The notes: generated by a model not told the origin, from the letters alone. 64,000 bases of DNA from an uncultured Candidatus Binatia bacterium (GCA_965218425.1 OZ244621.1:64001-128000), one strand, 5' to 3'. Shown: positions 40,509 to 51,372, counted from the first letter of the stretch. Numbers and translations: made by a program.

Positions 40509-42524
40509 CTATTGCTTCCTGCGTTTTACGCTTTTCTTGGCTTTTACGGCGAGTGAAACCGCCTTCTTCTCGCCAGTAGACTTCTTGGCCCCCGTTGCTT
40601 TGCCCTTAGCCTTTGCTGTCACTTTCTCGTTCCCATTCATCTCCCCGGACCCGCCGGATTGCCCCTCTTCTTCGGAGGCTTCCTGCGGTGGGCCCACTTC
40701 AACATGCCCATTATCACCCATTATGGGAACCTCTCCTTCGGTTCTCTCCGGTGTCACGATAATGGAGAATGGGAGGCCTTCTGGGCCGTCTCCGTTCTTT
40801 CCCAATAGTTCGTCGGTTTTTTCTCCACCCGTTCGCTTCATGGCAATTTTTTGAAGCTGTTGTTTGAGTTTCTCCGTGAGCAGTTTACCCCCCTTGAGGT
40901 GGTTGCAGGCTTCCACGACTTCCTCGATGTAGAGCTCAAAGATATTGCGCCGACGAAACTCGCTCTTTGCGTGCTCGCGACGTCTAAGAAAAGACCCTAG
41001 GCGCCGACCGCATTCCTGCAGGGCGAGTTTGATTTCCTTTCGTATTTCATCGTAGTCCGCGATTGCTTCTTTGGATTCACTGGTGAACGGAACCCAGACC
41101 GAAGCCATATGAACAAAAATCACCATTGGACCGGATGGCAAGGCGCCCCTGGACTGTGGAACTCCATAATTGCGCCAACTTGTCTCCAGGGCCGATTTGA
41201 AGGTGGAGCAGGCGGATTGCTGGTAGAGAAGCGGAACGCGGTTGGCGTAGCGGATGACACTGGCCAGTTCATTGCCGTTATTTCGACTCTCCCCTTCGGC
41301 AAGGGGAACCATTTTCTGATCCTGGTTCTTACCCACCTCATCAGGTCCTTTGCCATACGCTAGGCCCGCCTCAATGACGAATGGATTGCCGCGGTAGACG
41401 GCTGGAGGACGGGTTACCGCAGTGTAAAAATCCCCGGTAATTTGCTTGTACAGGCCGTAGAGAATAGCCTTTTCGCCGATGGGCGAGATGCAGTTACTGG
41501 GCGGGGCCATGATCTTAGTGGACTGAATGGCCTTGTAGAGCGCCTCGGTCTTTTCTCCGTTAACGTCTCGGGGCCTTGTGCGCGGCGAAATATTGGCCGC
41601 CTTGCAAATTTCCTCGGCGAGTTTTGAGGACACGCGGCTGAAATCGCCGCTTAGAAAGCCGGAGAGCCGGTGACTCTTAGTGTCCTGAAGCATCTTCAGC
41701 ATCATCCCGAACTCGATGCCGTAGGGATGCGGTTTGATTTCACGCGGTGGCGGAGGAAGCTCTTGAATGGTCCGCTGATATTCCTTGGTCTCACCTTCCG
41801 GGTTTATATACACGAGGTGTACATGTGGATTGGCAATGGAGGTCTCCTCTATATACTCGTCCACAGAGGCGCGCCCCTTCTGGTAGCGGCCTTCAATTTC
41901 CAGAGTGACCTGGGTCCCCGTGTGATTGTCCCATTGAACCTGCTTTTTCTCGATGATCAGAGGCTCATTTTTCTTAGTGTCGATTTGGACCTCGAAATAG
42001 TTGGCGGGAGTCTTGGCGCTGGTTCGGGAGATAATCTGTACGGGTTTCCCGGTTGTGAGCTGGCCATACATGCCGGCGGCGGAGATACCGATCCCCTGCT
42101 GTCCGCGGCTCATGCGAAGCCGGTGGAATTTTGACCCGTAGAGGAGCTTGGCAAAAATCCGCGGGATCTGTTGTCGCACAATACCAGGACCATGGTCAGT
42201 AACGGTTACCCGAAACCGGGTGGCCTGACTCGGAGCGGGCGCGGGCCCTCCGTTGACCGCCACCTCCAGCTTAACGGTTACGTCTGGGAGGATTCCGGCT
42301 TCCTCGCAGGCGTCAAGTGCATTGTCGACGGCCTCCTTTACGCATGTAAGCAGGGCTTTTCTCGGGTTATCGAATCCCAGCAGATGGCGGTTCTTGGTAA
42401 AGAATTCAGAAACAGAGATCTCCCGCTGACGAGCCCCCATTTCGACTGCGGTTACCGTCGGTCTCGGCTCAGCCCCGAAGCTGGATTCCTCGGGTTGGTC
42501 AGCTTTCTTGTTGCTTTTCCGCAT
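40509..42524 (-). CDS. top6B: DNA topoisomerase VI subunit B
   Basis: EISVSEFF.KNRHLLGF, KEAVDNALDA, DHGPG, SRGQQGIGISAA, RYANRVPLLY, VPFTSESKEAI. Confidence 0.95.
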   Translation of the reverse strand: MRKSNKKADQPEESSFGAEPRPTVTAVEMGARQREISVSEFFTKNRHLLGFDNPRKALLTCVKEAVDNALDACEEAGILPDVTVKLEVAVNGGPAPAPSQATRFRVTVTDHGPGIVRQQIPRIFAKLLYGSKFHRLRMSRGQQGIGISAAGMYGQLTTGKPVQIISRTSAKTPANYFEVQIDTKKNEPLIIEKKQVQWDNHTGTQVTLEIEGRYQKGRASVDEYIEETSIANPHVHLVYINPEGETKEYQRTIQELPPPPREIKPHPYGIEFGMMLKMLQDTKSHRLSGFLSGDFSRVSSKLAEEICKAANISPRTRPRDVNGEKTEALYKAIQSTKIMAPPSNCISPIGEKAILYGLYKQITGDFYTAVTRPPAVYRGNPFVIEAGLAYGKGPDEVGKNQDQKMVPLAEGESRNNGNELASVIRYANRVPLLYQQSACSTFKSALETSWRNYGVPQSRGALPSGPMVIFVHMASVWVPFTSESKEAIADYDEIRKEIKLALQECGRRLGSFLRRREHAKSEFRRRNIFELYIEEVVEACNHLKGGKLLTEKLKQQLQKIAMKRTGGEKTDELLGKNGDGPEGLPFSIIVTPERTEGEVPIMGDNGHVEVGPPQEASEEEGQSGGSGEMNGNEKVTAKAKGKATGAKKSTGEKKAVSLAVKAKKSVKRRKQ

Positions 42525-42704
42525 ATCCTATCTCAGTTCGCCGCCCAAGGGCGAATAAAGTAGTTTGTAGCTCTGCTAAACTGTTGAAAACACTGGTTAG
42601 TAAGCTGTGGTGTTGTGGCAGATTCGGGCAAAGCGCCCGAAGTATTTTAGAGACATTGTACCGTAATTCCAATGAGTTAGCAAGAAATAATTAAACCCTG
42701 GAAG

Positions 42705-42820
42705 GTTTACCCAAAACCAGATAATACCAGGGACGTGAGTCCTGGGATGAATGTTCCGAACTTTCCCGAAGGGAAGAGCTCCAAAGCCACGGACATAAGT
42801 GCGTGGCTCGGCGTTTACAC
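42705..42820 (-). repeat. Miniature palindromic element, copy 1 (IS200/IS605-end-derived, PATE/REP-like)
   Basis: Reverse complement aligns with 63870-63982 (cacg.act.a.gtccgtggctttgg...aagttcggaacattcatc...gactcacgtcc). Confidence 0.75.
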
Positions 42821-43113
42821 GCCTTGAACACGCGACTCTGGGTATTGGTGCATAGAAGATATACCCAGCGAGTGCACTGGGCTCCCCATTATAGGTCTCG
42901 GGATGCCTCCTAGAGCGGCAAACCGACGCAGCTTTCCACAACCCCGAAGCAGGTCATGGACGGAACCCTTTCCTGGAAATCCCTGGTGGAGTAATTTCAC
43001 AGTAAAGACGGGATATTTTAGCGTCGGAAAAGATTAAATCGAGAAAATCTGGACTTTTTCTCATCCCTGGGGTAAGGAAAAACTAAACTTACCTTTTGGG
43101 GAGGAGTCCTGTT

Positions 43114-44247
43114 ATGGCGAAGAACGGATTCAGAGTGTTCGATAGCGACATGCACATTATGGAGCCCCCCGACCTTTGGCATCGCTACATTGAGCCCGAG
43201 TTCAAGGAACACGCTCCCATCGGCCTCACCAGTGACGATGTGAGGGACTTGAGAATGGCTCACTCTGATGGGCGGCAATGGGGTCACAACCCATCCAGAG
43301 ATAAGATCCGATCGACCCGGGGACAAAATTTTCAACGGACTCAAATCATCTATCGTTATTACTCTGAACAGGGTTGGTCGTCCAAGGTACAACTTGAGGC
43401 CATGGATGTGGAAGGAATCGATGTGGGTGTCCTCTATCCCACCAGGGGGCTCACCGCGCTCGCCGAGCCCAACATGGAACCCCGCCTCGCCGCGGCCATC
43501 GCGCGCGCCTACAATAATTGGCTCTACGATTTCTGCAGTGAAGATCCGCAGCGTCTCTTCGGGGCGGCCATGATCTCACCCTACGACGTCGATGAGGCGG
43601 TGAAAGAAGCCCAGCGATGCAAGAAGGAACTGGGTTTCCGTGCCGCCTTCATTCGAGCCAACCTTTTTAACGGAAAGAACTGGTTTGATGAATCTTACGA
43701 TCCCCTATGGTCTACTTTGGAAGAATTAGACCTTCCCCTGGGTTTTCATGAAGCCACACGCAGTGGAGTGAACAACCCAGGAGAACGTTTCGAGCCCAAT
43801 TTTATGCTTCGTAGGGCATTCTCTCAGCCGTTGGAGCAGATGCTCGCCTTGGGAAGTTTCTGCGCCGGTGGGGTTTTGGCTCGCCACCCCAAACTGCGTG
43901 TGGCCTTCCTGGAAGGAAACTGCAGCTGGCTACCCTGGGTCCTGTGGAGGCTCGATGAGGCAGTGGAACTCGACGGTGATACCTGGACAAAGGGATTGAC
44001 CATGGCACCTAGTGAATACTTCAAAAGGCAGTGCATTGTCTCCGTGGAACCGGATGAACATATTGCCCGTTCCGTAATTGATCAACTGGGATGTGATCAT
44101 CTCGTATTCTCGACTGACTATCCCCATGGCGATTCGCGGTTTCCCCATGCCATCGACACCTTCCTCGAGTTACCTTGGAGTGATGAGGAAAAACGTAAAA
44201 TACTTTGGGATAATTGCGCTTCATACTATGGTTTCCATCTCGGTTAG
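43114..44247 (+). CDS. Amidohydrolase_2 family protein
   Basis: FDSDMHIMEP, AYNNWL, PLGFH, FLEGN, FSTDYPHGD. Confidence 0.9.
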   Translation: MAKNGFRVFDSDMHIMEPPDLWHRYIEPEFKEHAPIGLTSDDVRDLRMAHSDGRQWGHNPSRDKIRSTRGQNFQRTQIIYRYYSEQGWSSKVQLEAMDVEGIDVGVLYPTRGLTALAEPNMEPRLAAAIARAYNNWLYDFCSEDPQRLFGAAMISPYDVDEAVKEAQRCKKELGFRAAFIRANLFNGKNWFDESYDPLWSTLEELDLPLGFHEATRSGVNNPGERFEPNFMLRRAFSQPLEQMLALGSFCAGGVLARHPKLRVAFLEGNCSWLPWVLWRLDEAVELDGDTWTKGLTMAPSEYFKRQCIVSVEPDEHIARSVIDQLGCDHLVFSTDYPHGDSRFPHAIDTFLELPWSDEEKRKILWDNCASYYGFHLG

Positions 44248-44301
44248 AGATGAGCAGGACACAGTGCGCATCCTATTTTATTAGAGGAGGACGGAAAAAA
44301 C

Positions 44302-44889
44302 ATGTCGCAAGGACGAGAGATTTTTGACAAGTTTGTTCAAGACCTGCGCGCCGCGTGGAGCGAACGGCAAGATGTTGAACTACGTATGAAACGGTCCGCG
44401 CAATTGCTTGAAAGCCTGGTGAGTAATCCGGCGCTCCGTGAGCGTTCAAAGACATGGCCCTCAACTGAGGGGCCCCCCACCAAAAACCTGCTTCTCTATG
44501 AGGACCCCGATTATGGTTTCGCCGTCAATGCGGTTGTGCGTACTCCCGGCCGTGTGGGGAGCGCTCATGATCACGGTGAGAGCTGGACGGCATACGGCCT
44601 CCTCGACGGCACAGAAAAATTAGAGCACTACCGGCGACTCGATGACGGTAAAAAGGAAGGCTACGCGGAGATCGAGCTCGACTACGTTGACGAAGGAACA
44701 GCCGGTAAGGTGGACCTGGTGCCACCCTTTGCGATTCATGCAGAGGTGGGTGGGCCAGGTAGATCCGTTGCAGTGATCATACGTTCCCTACCCATCGGTC
44801 GCAGGGGAAATTCATCGCGCTTTGACCGTGAAAAGCATACCTGCTCCCATGGCAACGGCCCGGTCCAGATCCCGCTTGAGGTCAACTGA
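44302..44889 (+). CDS. Cysteine-dioxygenase-like cupin protein
   Basis: LLYEDPDYGF, AHDHGESWTAYG, PPFAIHAE. Confidence 0.75.
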   Translation: MSQGREIFDKFVQDLRAAWSERQDVELRMKRSAQLLESLVSNPALRERSKTWPSTEGPPTKNLLLYEDPDYGFAVNAVVRTPGRVGSAHDHGESWTAYGLLDGTEKLEHYRRLDDGKKEGYAEIELDYVDEGTAGKVDLVPPFAIHAEVGGPGRSVAVIIRSLPIGRRGNSSRFDREKHTCSHGNGPVQIPLEVN

Positions 44890-44955
44890 TTGTTACCCCA
44901 GGCAAGATGGAGACCTTTGAAGTTCAATAAGGGTCGATCTTAGGAAGGAATCAAT

Positions 44956-46032
44956 ATGTTCGAAGGGCGTAAAACCTTTTACGAAGAATGGGTGGAGCAT
45001 GAAGGTTTGGAGATCATCCGCGGCTTTCATATCGATGATATGATGAAGTTGGGCCTCCGATGGTGGGACCGAATCGGGGCCGCAGCCGTACATATTGATC
45101 TAGAGGGTACAGGTGATCTGGCAGGCGCCTATGCTTGCGAGATAGAGGGGGGCAAGGAGCTCAAGCCCCAGCGCCATATCTATGAAGAGATGATCTACGT
45201 CCTGTCAGGCAGAGGGGCAACTTCGGTCTGGTATGAAGGCTGGCCCAAGCTTACCTTCGAATGGGAGCCCGGGAGCCTATTTGCCATTCCCTTGAATGCC
45301 TGGCACCAGCACTACAATGTGGAAGGGCACAATTCCCTTCGGTTTCTTTCTGTCACCACGGCGCCTATTGTCTTAAGCCTCTATCGCAACCCGGAATTTG
45401 TATTTAATAATAACGCCGTGTTCCCAGAACGTTATGACGGGAAGAGCGATTACTTCACTCGATCGGACGACTCGATCAATCAAGTGCTGGAGTCCAATCT
45501 TGTGGCGAATGTCAACCATTTGAAATTGCCTGCCGAAGAAGGAGCAAAAGTAAGTCGAGGGAAGGGTACCACCAATACCCTTATTGAAATGGCTAATGGA
45601 ATTTTGGGTGCGCACATTCTCGAGATATCTCCGGGGATCTACAGCAAGCTTCATCGTCACGGTCCCGGGGCTCACGTGATCTGGCTTGCGGGCGAAGGTT
45701 ATACCCTGACTTTTCCTGATGGCGGTGAAAAGAAAAAAGTCGATTGGAAGGCCGGTACCATGTTGGTCCCTCCCACCTGGTGGTGGCACATGCACTGCGT
45801 CACTTCCAAAGACCCTGGCAAACACCTTGCCCTAAAGCTGAACAGCTGGAGGCGACCGCTAACCCATATGCACGATGGGACCGTGACCAGCGTCAAAGAA
45901 GGCGGGAACCAATACGACATGGAGGATCTCGAGCCCGAGTTGGCGGATTACATCCACTCAACCTTTGTGCGCGAGTGTGAGAAACACGGCACCCCCGTGC
46001 GCATAAGCCACCCCCTCAACGGCGGAGCATAA
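44956..46032 (+). CDS. Bicupin protein (gentisate 1,2-dioxygenase-like architecture)
   Basis: QRHIYEE..PLNAWHQHYN and LHRHGPG..PPTWWWHMH. Confidence 0.8.
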   Translation: MFEGRKTFYEEWVEHEGLEIIRGFHIDDMMKLGLRWWDRIGAAAVHIDLEGTGDLAGAYACEIEGGKELKPQRHIYEEMIYVLSGRGATSVWYEGWPKLTFEWEPGSLFAIPLNAWHQHYNVEGHNSLRFLSVTTAPIVLSLYRNPEFVFNNNAVFPERYDGKSDYFTRSDDSINQVLESNLVANVNHLKLPAEEGAKVSRGKGTTNTLIEMANGILGAHILEISPGIYSKLHRHGPGAHVIWLAGEGYTLTFPDGGEKKKVDWKAGTMLVPPTWWWHMHCVTSKDPGKHLALKLNSWRRPLTHMHDGTVTSVKEGGNQYDMEDLEPELADYIHSTFVRECEKHGTPVRISHPLNGGA

Positions 46033-46198
46033 CCAATCAAGGAAAGACCCGGGTTTACTTGTTGCTTTTCACCTCGTGTTTCGCCATCCCGGACTTTCTT
46101 TCCCTGTTATTCCACCATCAGTCGTGCAATGCTTGGTTGATCGGCATATACCTTCTGAGCCCATTAGAATTGGCAAACCTTAATCTACGGGGTGTTAC

Positions 46199-47623
46199 TT
46201 GGCACAACTGACCCCCCGCGGCGATCGGCTTCTCCTGGCCAATGCATTGTTGGGCGCGTTTTTATCCGGGGCGGCCATCCGCATATTTGACGTGGCCATG
46301 CCCACGGTGGCTGCCGATCTGAACACTGACCTGGTGGGAGTAGTGTGGGCGGTCCTGGGTTTCTCACTCGCAGCCAGCGGGCTTTCACTGGTATTCGGTA
46401 GAATCGGTGACCTTTACGGTCACCACAAGATCTATGGTCTGGGATATTTGGTCTTCCTGGCCGGTTCCCTCCTCTGCGGTCTGGCGCGAAATATTGCCCA
46501 GCTCGTTCTTTTTCGCGTACTGCAGGGTCTTGGTGTCGCCATGAATCAAGCAGTAGGACGGGCCTTGGCGTTTGAAGCCGCTGCTCCAGGGCATGGAGGG
46601 AGAGCGCAGGGATACATGACCACGGCGTTCCACATGGGTTTTTTGCTCGGACCCAGCCTGGGTGGGCTCACCATTGATTATGTGGGCTGGCGCTGGACTT
46701 TTATTGGTTTCGTTCCCCTCGGTGCTATAGGCGCAATTCTGACTTTCGTACATTTCAGACACGCAGATCCGCGACCGGCGAGCCCCACGAAACCCAAGGT
46801 GGACTATCTGGGGGCGACCCTCCTTTTCGTCAGTGCCATGGCATTGGTGCTATTTATAGACCAGCGCATTGTGAGCTGGGAGCGAACAGGTTTGAAGACT
46901 CTTTTGCTTCCTGTTCTTGCGGTATCTTCCCTTGGTTTTATACTTTGGGAACGCCGCATCCAGAGTCCCATCGTTAACTTTGCGTTGTTCCGGGACAGGA
47001 TGTTTTCATTCAGTGCCGTGAGCCTACTTATCGTGGCGACGGTCTATGTCCTTAGTAGTCTAATCTTGCCCTTCTATCTTCAGGACATCCTAAAGTTTAG
47101 GCCTAGCTTTATCGGTTTGCTGTTCATGGTTCCCCCGATCTTTACGATCACTCTTGCGCCATTAAGCGGCTCCCTTTCCGATCGCTATGGTCCTCGGCCG
47201 GCGGCAACGATTGGCGTAGCTGCTTTGCTTGCGTCCGTGCTATTGGGAGGCCTATTGAGGGTGGATTCCCATTGGTTTTTACCAACGTTGATCCTAACTT
47301 TGGGAGGGTTCGCAAACGGATTTTTCAATCCAGCCAACAGCGTTGGGATAATGCATTATACCCCTAAACAGCACATGGGATTTGCCTCAGGGATCATCAG
47401 TCTAATGTTCGGGACGGGCGCGGTAATTGGAGTTGCCCTGGCGAGCCTGCTCATGGTGACAGGCTTCCGCATCTCCACGGGTATTCCCGCCGCCCAACCT
47501 ACCCCAACTATGCCGGGAGCGTTTGTGTCTGCGGTGAACTTTGCTTTTTGGGTAGCGTCGGCTGCGTGTGCCTTGGGGCTCCTCACCTCCATCTTGCGTG
47601 GAGATGGGAAGAGAACAAGCTAA
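46199..47623 (+). CDS. MFS transporter, DHA2 (14-TMS) type
   Basis: GRIGDLYG, FRVLQGLG, GPSLGG..GWRW, GSLSDRYG. Confidence 0.9.
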   Translation: MAQLTPRGDRLLLANALLGAFLSGAAIRIFDVAMPTVAADLNTDLVGVVWAVLGFSLAASGLSLVFGRIGDLYGHHKIYGLGYLVFLAGSLLCGLARNIAQLVLFRVLQGLGVAMNQAVGRALAFEAAAPGHGGRAQGYMTTAFHMGFLLGPSLGGLTIDYVGWRWTFIGFVPLGAIGAILTFVHFRHADPRPASPTKPKVDYLGATLLFVSAMALVLFIDQRIVSWERTGLKTLLLPVLAVSSLGFILWERRIQSPIVNFALFRDRMFSFSAVSLLIVATVYVLSSLILPFYLQDILKFRPSFIGLLFMVPPIFTITLAPLSGSLSDRYGPRPAATIGVAALLASVLLGGLLRVDSHWFLPTLILTLGGFANGFFNPANSVGIMHYTPKQHMGFASGIISLMFGTGAVIGVALASLLMVTGFRISTGIPAAQPTPTMPGAFVSAVNFAFWVASAACALGLLTSILRGDGKRTS

Positions 47624-47813
47624 CTGATTCAGATATCGGCACGAAGCGTCACCTCAACGGTTATGCATGAGATAATCTAATATCCGCCTCCCTTGATTAC
47701 TCAAGTACAATCCAGAAAAAAGGCGGCGGCACCATCTGGACCGCCGCCCATTAGAGGTAAAAGGAGCCCAACACCCCTTTTTCTCTCGGCTGTTTTGCCA
47801 GTTAACTGGTTTT

Positions 47814-48926
47814 TTATCTGCGCCTGCGACCGGTTTTTCCCGCAAAGGCCTCGTTCAGAAGTTTACGCAATTGGGGCTTACCATCCATGGCCGCTTGGTC
47901 ATAGGTCTTGATGGCCCCCGGCTGCGGGACTCGCCATGACTCATAATAATCATTGGGTACATCTAACCGGCGGCTGACATAACCAATGGCCTTGCCGAGA
48001 CGGTACTGGCCGTCTTTGCTCAGCAGCCAGTTAATGTAAACCCTTGCGGCATTGGGGTGAGGCGCGCGGTTGAACATGGCCAATGCACCGGCCCCCGGAC
48101 TTATATCGGAACCTTCCTTGAGCTCGTTTGGCTTTAGAATCTTTATGGGGAGACCCCGCCTAAGGGCATCGGATAAAATGGTGGACCGGGGTGCTAAAAG
48201 GATAGGATATTTTCCCCGTGCGACTGAGTCCATGGCAAGTGCCGGGTCCCCGATTATGACGGGTTCATGATCGGCCAACGCCCTTATAAAACCTTCCCCC
48301 AAATTCGGATGGAGCATGAAAAACATAAAAGTCGCTTGGGCCGACCCTGGTCGCCGGGGATCTGCGAAGACGATTTTCCCCTTCCACTTGGGCTTGAGGA
48401 GGTCTTTGTACGACTTGAACTCCCCAGGTTTCACAAGGTTGGGATTGACACTAAGAATTGCACGTTGGGTGGGAAGCATTACCAGCATCTCACGCCTCGG
48501 ATCGACGAATTCGAGATGTCCATCGCGCCAGGTCTTACCGTCTTTAACATCGGGTAAGATTAAGGCCGGCTCCAGGGAATCAAAGGCCCTCATGGGGATC
48601 ATGGCCGTGAGCCCTGTGGTGGTGCCCCCAATGAATACATCCCAAAGATACCTCCCGGCGCGACGCTCCAACCCCGAACGAGTTGATTGTTGACCGCCTC
48701 TACCACCGAAGTAATCCACTGTAATGCCATACCTCTTCATAAAAGGTTGGGTCAGAGCGTCCCGAGTATCTGTCCCTAGGGGGCCCATGACACCCACCTT
48801 CCCCTCCTTCTTGGCAGCAGCCAGGACCTTTTCCCATTCATCTTGGGATGCGGTTCCAATTTGGGCAGAAAATATAAGCCCCCAAATAACTAACATTGAG
48901 ATTGCTATCAAAATATTGCGCCTCAT
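47814..48926 (-). CDS. Orphan ABC substrate-binding protein (Fe(III)/polyamine class)
   Basis: Signal peptide, AAAKKEGKV, DLLKPKWKGKI, APHPNAARVYINWLLSKDGQ. Confidence 0.85.
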   Translation of the reverse strand: MRRNILIAISMLVIWGLIFSAQIGTASQDEWEKVLAAAKKEGKVGVMGPLGTDTRDALTQPFMKRYGITVDYFGGRGGQQSTRSGLERRAGRYLWDVFIGGTTTGLTAMIPMRAFDSLEPALILPDVKDGKTWRDGHLEFVDPRREMLVMLPTQRAILSVNPNLVKPGEFKSYKDLLKPKWKGKIVFADPRRPGSAQATFMFFMLHPNLGEGFIRALADHEPVIIGDPALAMDSVARGKYPILLAPRSTILSDALRRGLPIKILKPNELKEGSDISPGAGALAMFNRAPHPNAARVYINWLLSKDGQYRLGKAIGYVSRRLDVPNDYYESWRVPQPGAIKTYDQAAMDGKPQLRKLLNEAFAGKTGRRRR

Positions 48927-49021
48927 AAGCTGTTCCTCCGTCCCGGAACAATAAGATACAATCGGCCTTTGTGTCAAACTCATCAATCTGTTAACCAGTA
49001 TAGGCAATTGGAGGGTAATCA

Positions 49022-50029
49022 ATGGCGAAGGAATTTCTGCTTGGCTGCCAGTGGAGGGGGATTCAACATACCCGTGAAGTGCCGGTGGAGACGCAATTCC
49101 AGATGATCCGAGATTCAGGGGTCTTTGACTACCTAGACCGGCTTCCCCCGACAGATGTCTTGGATGAATACATCCGCTGCTCCCAAAAGTACGATATTCC
49201 CCTGCATACCGGAACTTGGTATTACCAGCTCGGACGGGATGAACCTCTCCTCACCGAATACCTGCACAACGCCGCACGGGCGGGCCTTAAGATGCACAAC
49301 ATAATGATCTTCACTCATCATGCCGACGGACATGCAGTCACGGATGAGGAGATTGTGGAGTGCTATTGCCGCACCTGGGAGCTAGGGGACCGTCTAGGCG
49401 TCCAACCCACCTTCGAGCTGCATGTAAATATGTGGTCAGAGGATTTCAGGCGGGTAGCTCCGGTTGGGGAAAAGGTCCGTGCCAGGGGGCTCCCTTTTAA
49501 CTTCACACTTGACTACAGCCATTGCGTTTTCAAGATGGACAATCCCGAGGAGTTACAGCGTTCTGGAATCAAGGCTGATGTGGATGTCGGCCGCGTGGTA
49601 CTGGATCCCTTTGAACCGGGAAATTTGTGTGACCGTTGGCTTGAGATGAACATGGTCGTGTACGCGCAGTTTCGTCCAGTGGCCCCAAACAACCCTAAGA
49701 ATGTTTGGGCCATGGATCAGAGTGGTAACCCGGGACGAGGAATTCAGTATCCATTTGTGAAGCCAGAGCCAGGCCAATGGCATTCCCCCTGGCATGCTTG
49801 GAAATTGGAGGCATCGAAGGAGGCCGTGCGCAAGGTGCTGCGCTATCATATCACCCATCCCGAGAGCCCACTGCAGTTTATCAATACGGAAATGATCGAC
49901 ACGCTGGATTACGGGAAAAATGCAAAGTATTCGCTTTTCGAACACAATGTCGCATGTGCGCAATGGATTCGTTCTACATGGCAGCAGCTTAAGGCAATGC
50001 ACAATGCCGGGATTCCGCTACAGGTTTGA
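49022..50029 (+). CDS. Xylose-isomerase-like TIM-barrel protein
   Basis: FELHVNMWSE, TLDYSH, NTEMI metal-site-like motifs. Confidence 0.7.
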   Translation: MAKEFLLGCQWRGIQHTREVPVETQFQMIRDSGVFDYLDRLPPTDVLDEYIRCSQKYDIPLHTGTWYYQLGRDEPLLTEYLHNAARAGLKMHNIMIFTHHADGHAVTDEEIVECYCRTWELGDRLGVQPTFELHVNMWSEDFRRVAPVGEKVRARGLPFNFTLDYSHCVFKMDNPEELQRSGIKADVDVGRVVLDPFEPGNLCDRWLEMNMVVYAQFRPVAPNNPKNVWAMDQSGNPGRGIQYPFVKPEPGQWHSPWHAWKLEASKEAVRKVLRYHITHPESPLQFINTEMIDTLDYGKNAKYSLFEHNVACAQWIRSTWQQLKAMHNAGIPLQV

Positions 50030-50082
50030 GAACGGTTCTGTAAGTTGAATTCATCCTGGGGATTCAGTCACCTCGCGGCTTT

Positions 50083-50468
50083 GATCACTTCCGTCACGGG
50101 AGTTGGGTTATTTTTTGTGCCGGTACCCGACGGCATGCCGGCTGAAGTCATGCCTTGAGCTGGAGTCATTGTGGTAGTGATTGGACTGTGGGCAACGGGA
50201 TCTGCCCCGGAGTATTTCACGTTGGCTTTGCGGTACAGACACTGGGCTTGGTTTAAAGATTGCAGTTGCTACGGGATGGCCCTTGGTCACGAGCTGGACT
50301 ATGACCCTCTTCCCCTATGAGCCGCCGCCACTGATGGTGGCTGTGCAGCCGGGTGGTCTTCGGAACGGTCAGGTTATGAGGTTGATGCTCGCTATGGTAC
50401 TACTGGCATCGCTGGTCATTGTGCCGTTACAGTATTGCTGGCGGCGATTTATGGGTTATTTTGAGTAG
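50083..50468 (+). pseudogene. DASS/SLC13 transporter remnant with large internal deletion
   Basis: N-terminal piece VPVPDGMPAEVMP*AGVIVVVIGLWATGSAPEYFT abuts C-terminal piece FPYEPPPLMVA..VPLQYCWRRFMG in another frame. Confidence 0.65.
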
Positions 50469-50469
50469 T

Positions 50470-51372
50470 TCAGGTCTTTTGGCTTGCCGAACGCCGAACT
50501 TCCGTCTTCTCTCCAAGCTCTATGGACATCAAATCCTCACCGACTTCCAAGGGGCCCGAATACTGTTTCCTTGTGGAAGGGATTAGATCCTTCAGCAAAT
50601 AGTCACCAAATAACAAAATATGCGTGTGGATTGCCAGTTTTGGCTTCGCGCGACTAAAAACTTCTCCCGCGCTCTCGGGTGTAGTGTGATTTGAGGCTAT
50701 GGTTTTGCCAAATTGACTTTTTTGCAGGAATTCGTTCGACATGCCAACCACTTCATGAACCAAGAGATCTACTCCTTGAGAAAATTGGATGACGTTCTCA
50801 TTAAACCGTGTGTCCCCAGAGAGGACTACGGATCGTCCGGCAAAGTCAATTCGGTATCCATAAGCAGGTTTGATCCGGCCGTGATCCACTTCAAAGGCGG
50901 TTATTTTTAGACCTTTGTTTTCGTAGACCACCCCACCGGTGAACTCTTCAGCAATCACCCGGATCCCTTCCTTTTGATAATGGGACCGGATACGTATATC
51001 AAACTGATAGGCTTGCTCGAGGTGGGACATCATCTCCTTTGTCCCTCTGGGTCCCCGAACCGGCAGGGCAACTTGTCTGCCACCCCACGCCTGATTAATC
51101 CAACCGGTGAGCCACAGGTCAGGGATACCCACCACGTGATCGGAATGGAGGTGAGTTAGAAATAGCCCGGTAATTTCTGAGAATCGGATCTTAAGCTGAA
51201 ATAACCTTTGCAATGCGCCTCGACCGGCGTCAAAGAGAAATTTTTCCGATCCGGCTTCAACGAGAGTGCATGGCCCGAACCGCTCCATTATTGGTGGAGG
51301 GCCCCCTGTGCCTAGCAGGGTAACTTTGAGTGTATCAGGTGCGCCGCTTGCCATTGCATTCTCCTCATTCAA
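50470..51372 (-). CDS. MBL-fold metallohydrolase (RNase Z/AtsA-like)
   Basis: LLGTGGP, FDAGRG, THLHSDH, SGDT, LVHE, HTTP. Confidence 0.9.
   Translation of the reverse strand: MNEENAMASGAPDTLKVTLLGTGGPPPIMERFGPCTLVEAGSEKFLFDAGRGALQRLFQLKIRFSEITGLFLTHLHSDHVVGIPDLWLTGWINQAWGGRQVALPVRGPRGTKEMMSHLEQAYQFDIRIRSHYQKEGIRVIAEEFTGGVVYENKGLKITAFEVDHGRIKPAYGYRIDFAGRSVVLSGDTRFNENVIQFSQGVDLLVHEVVGMSNEFLQKSQFGKTIASNHTTPESAGEVFSRAKPKLAIHTHILLFGDYLLKDLIPSTRKQYSGPLEVGEDLMSIELGEKTEVRRSASQKT

Noticed and set aside
50156..50158. In-frame TGA in the DASS remnant as possible selenocysteine
   Set aside because: Lies in a clearly deleted transporter remnant; position not Cys-like.
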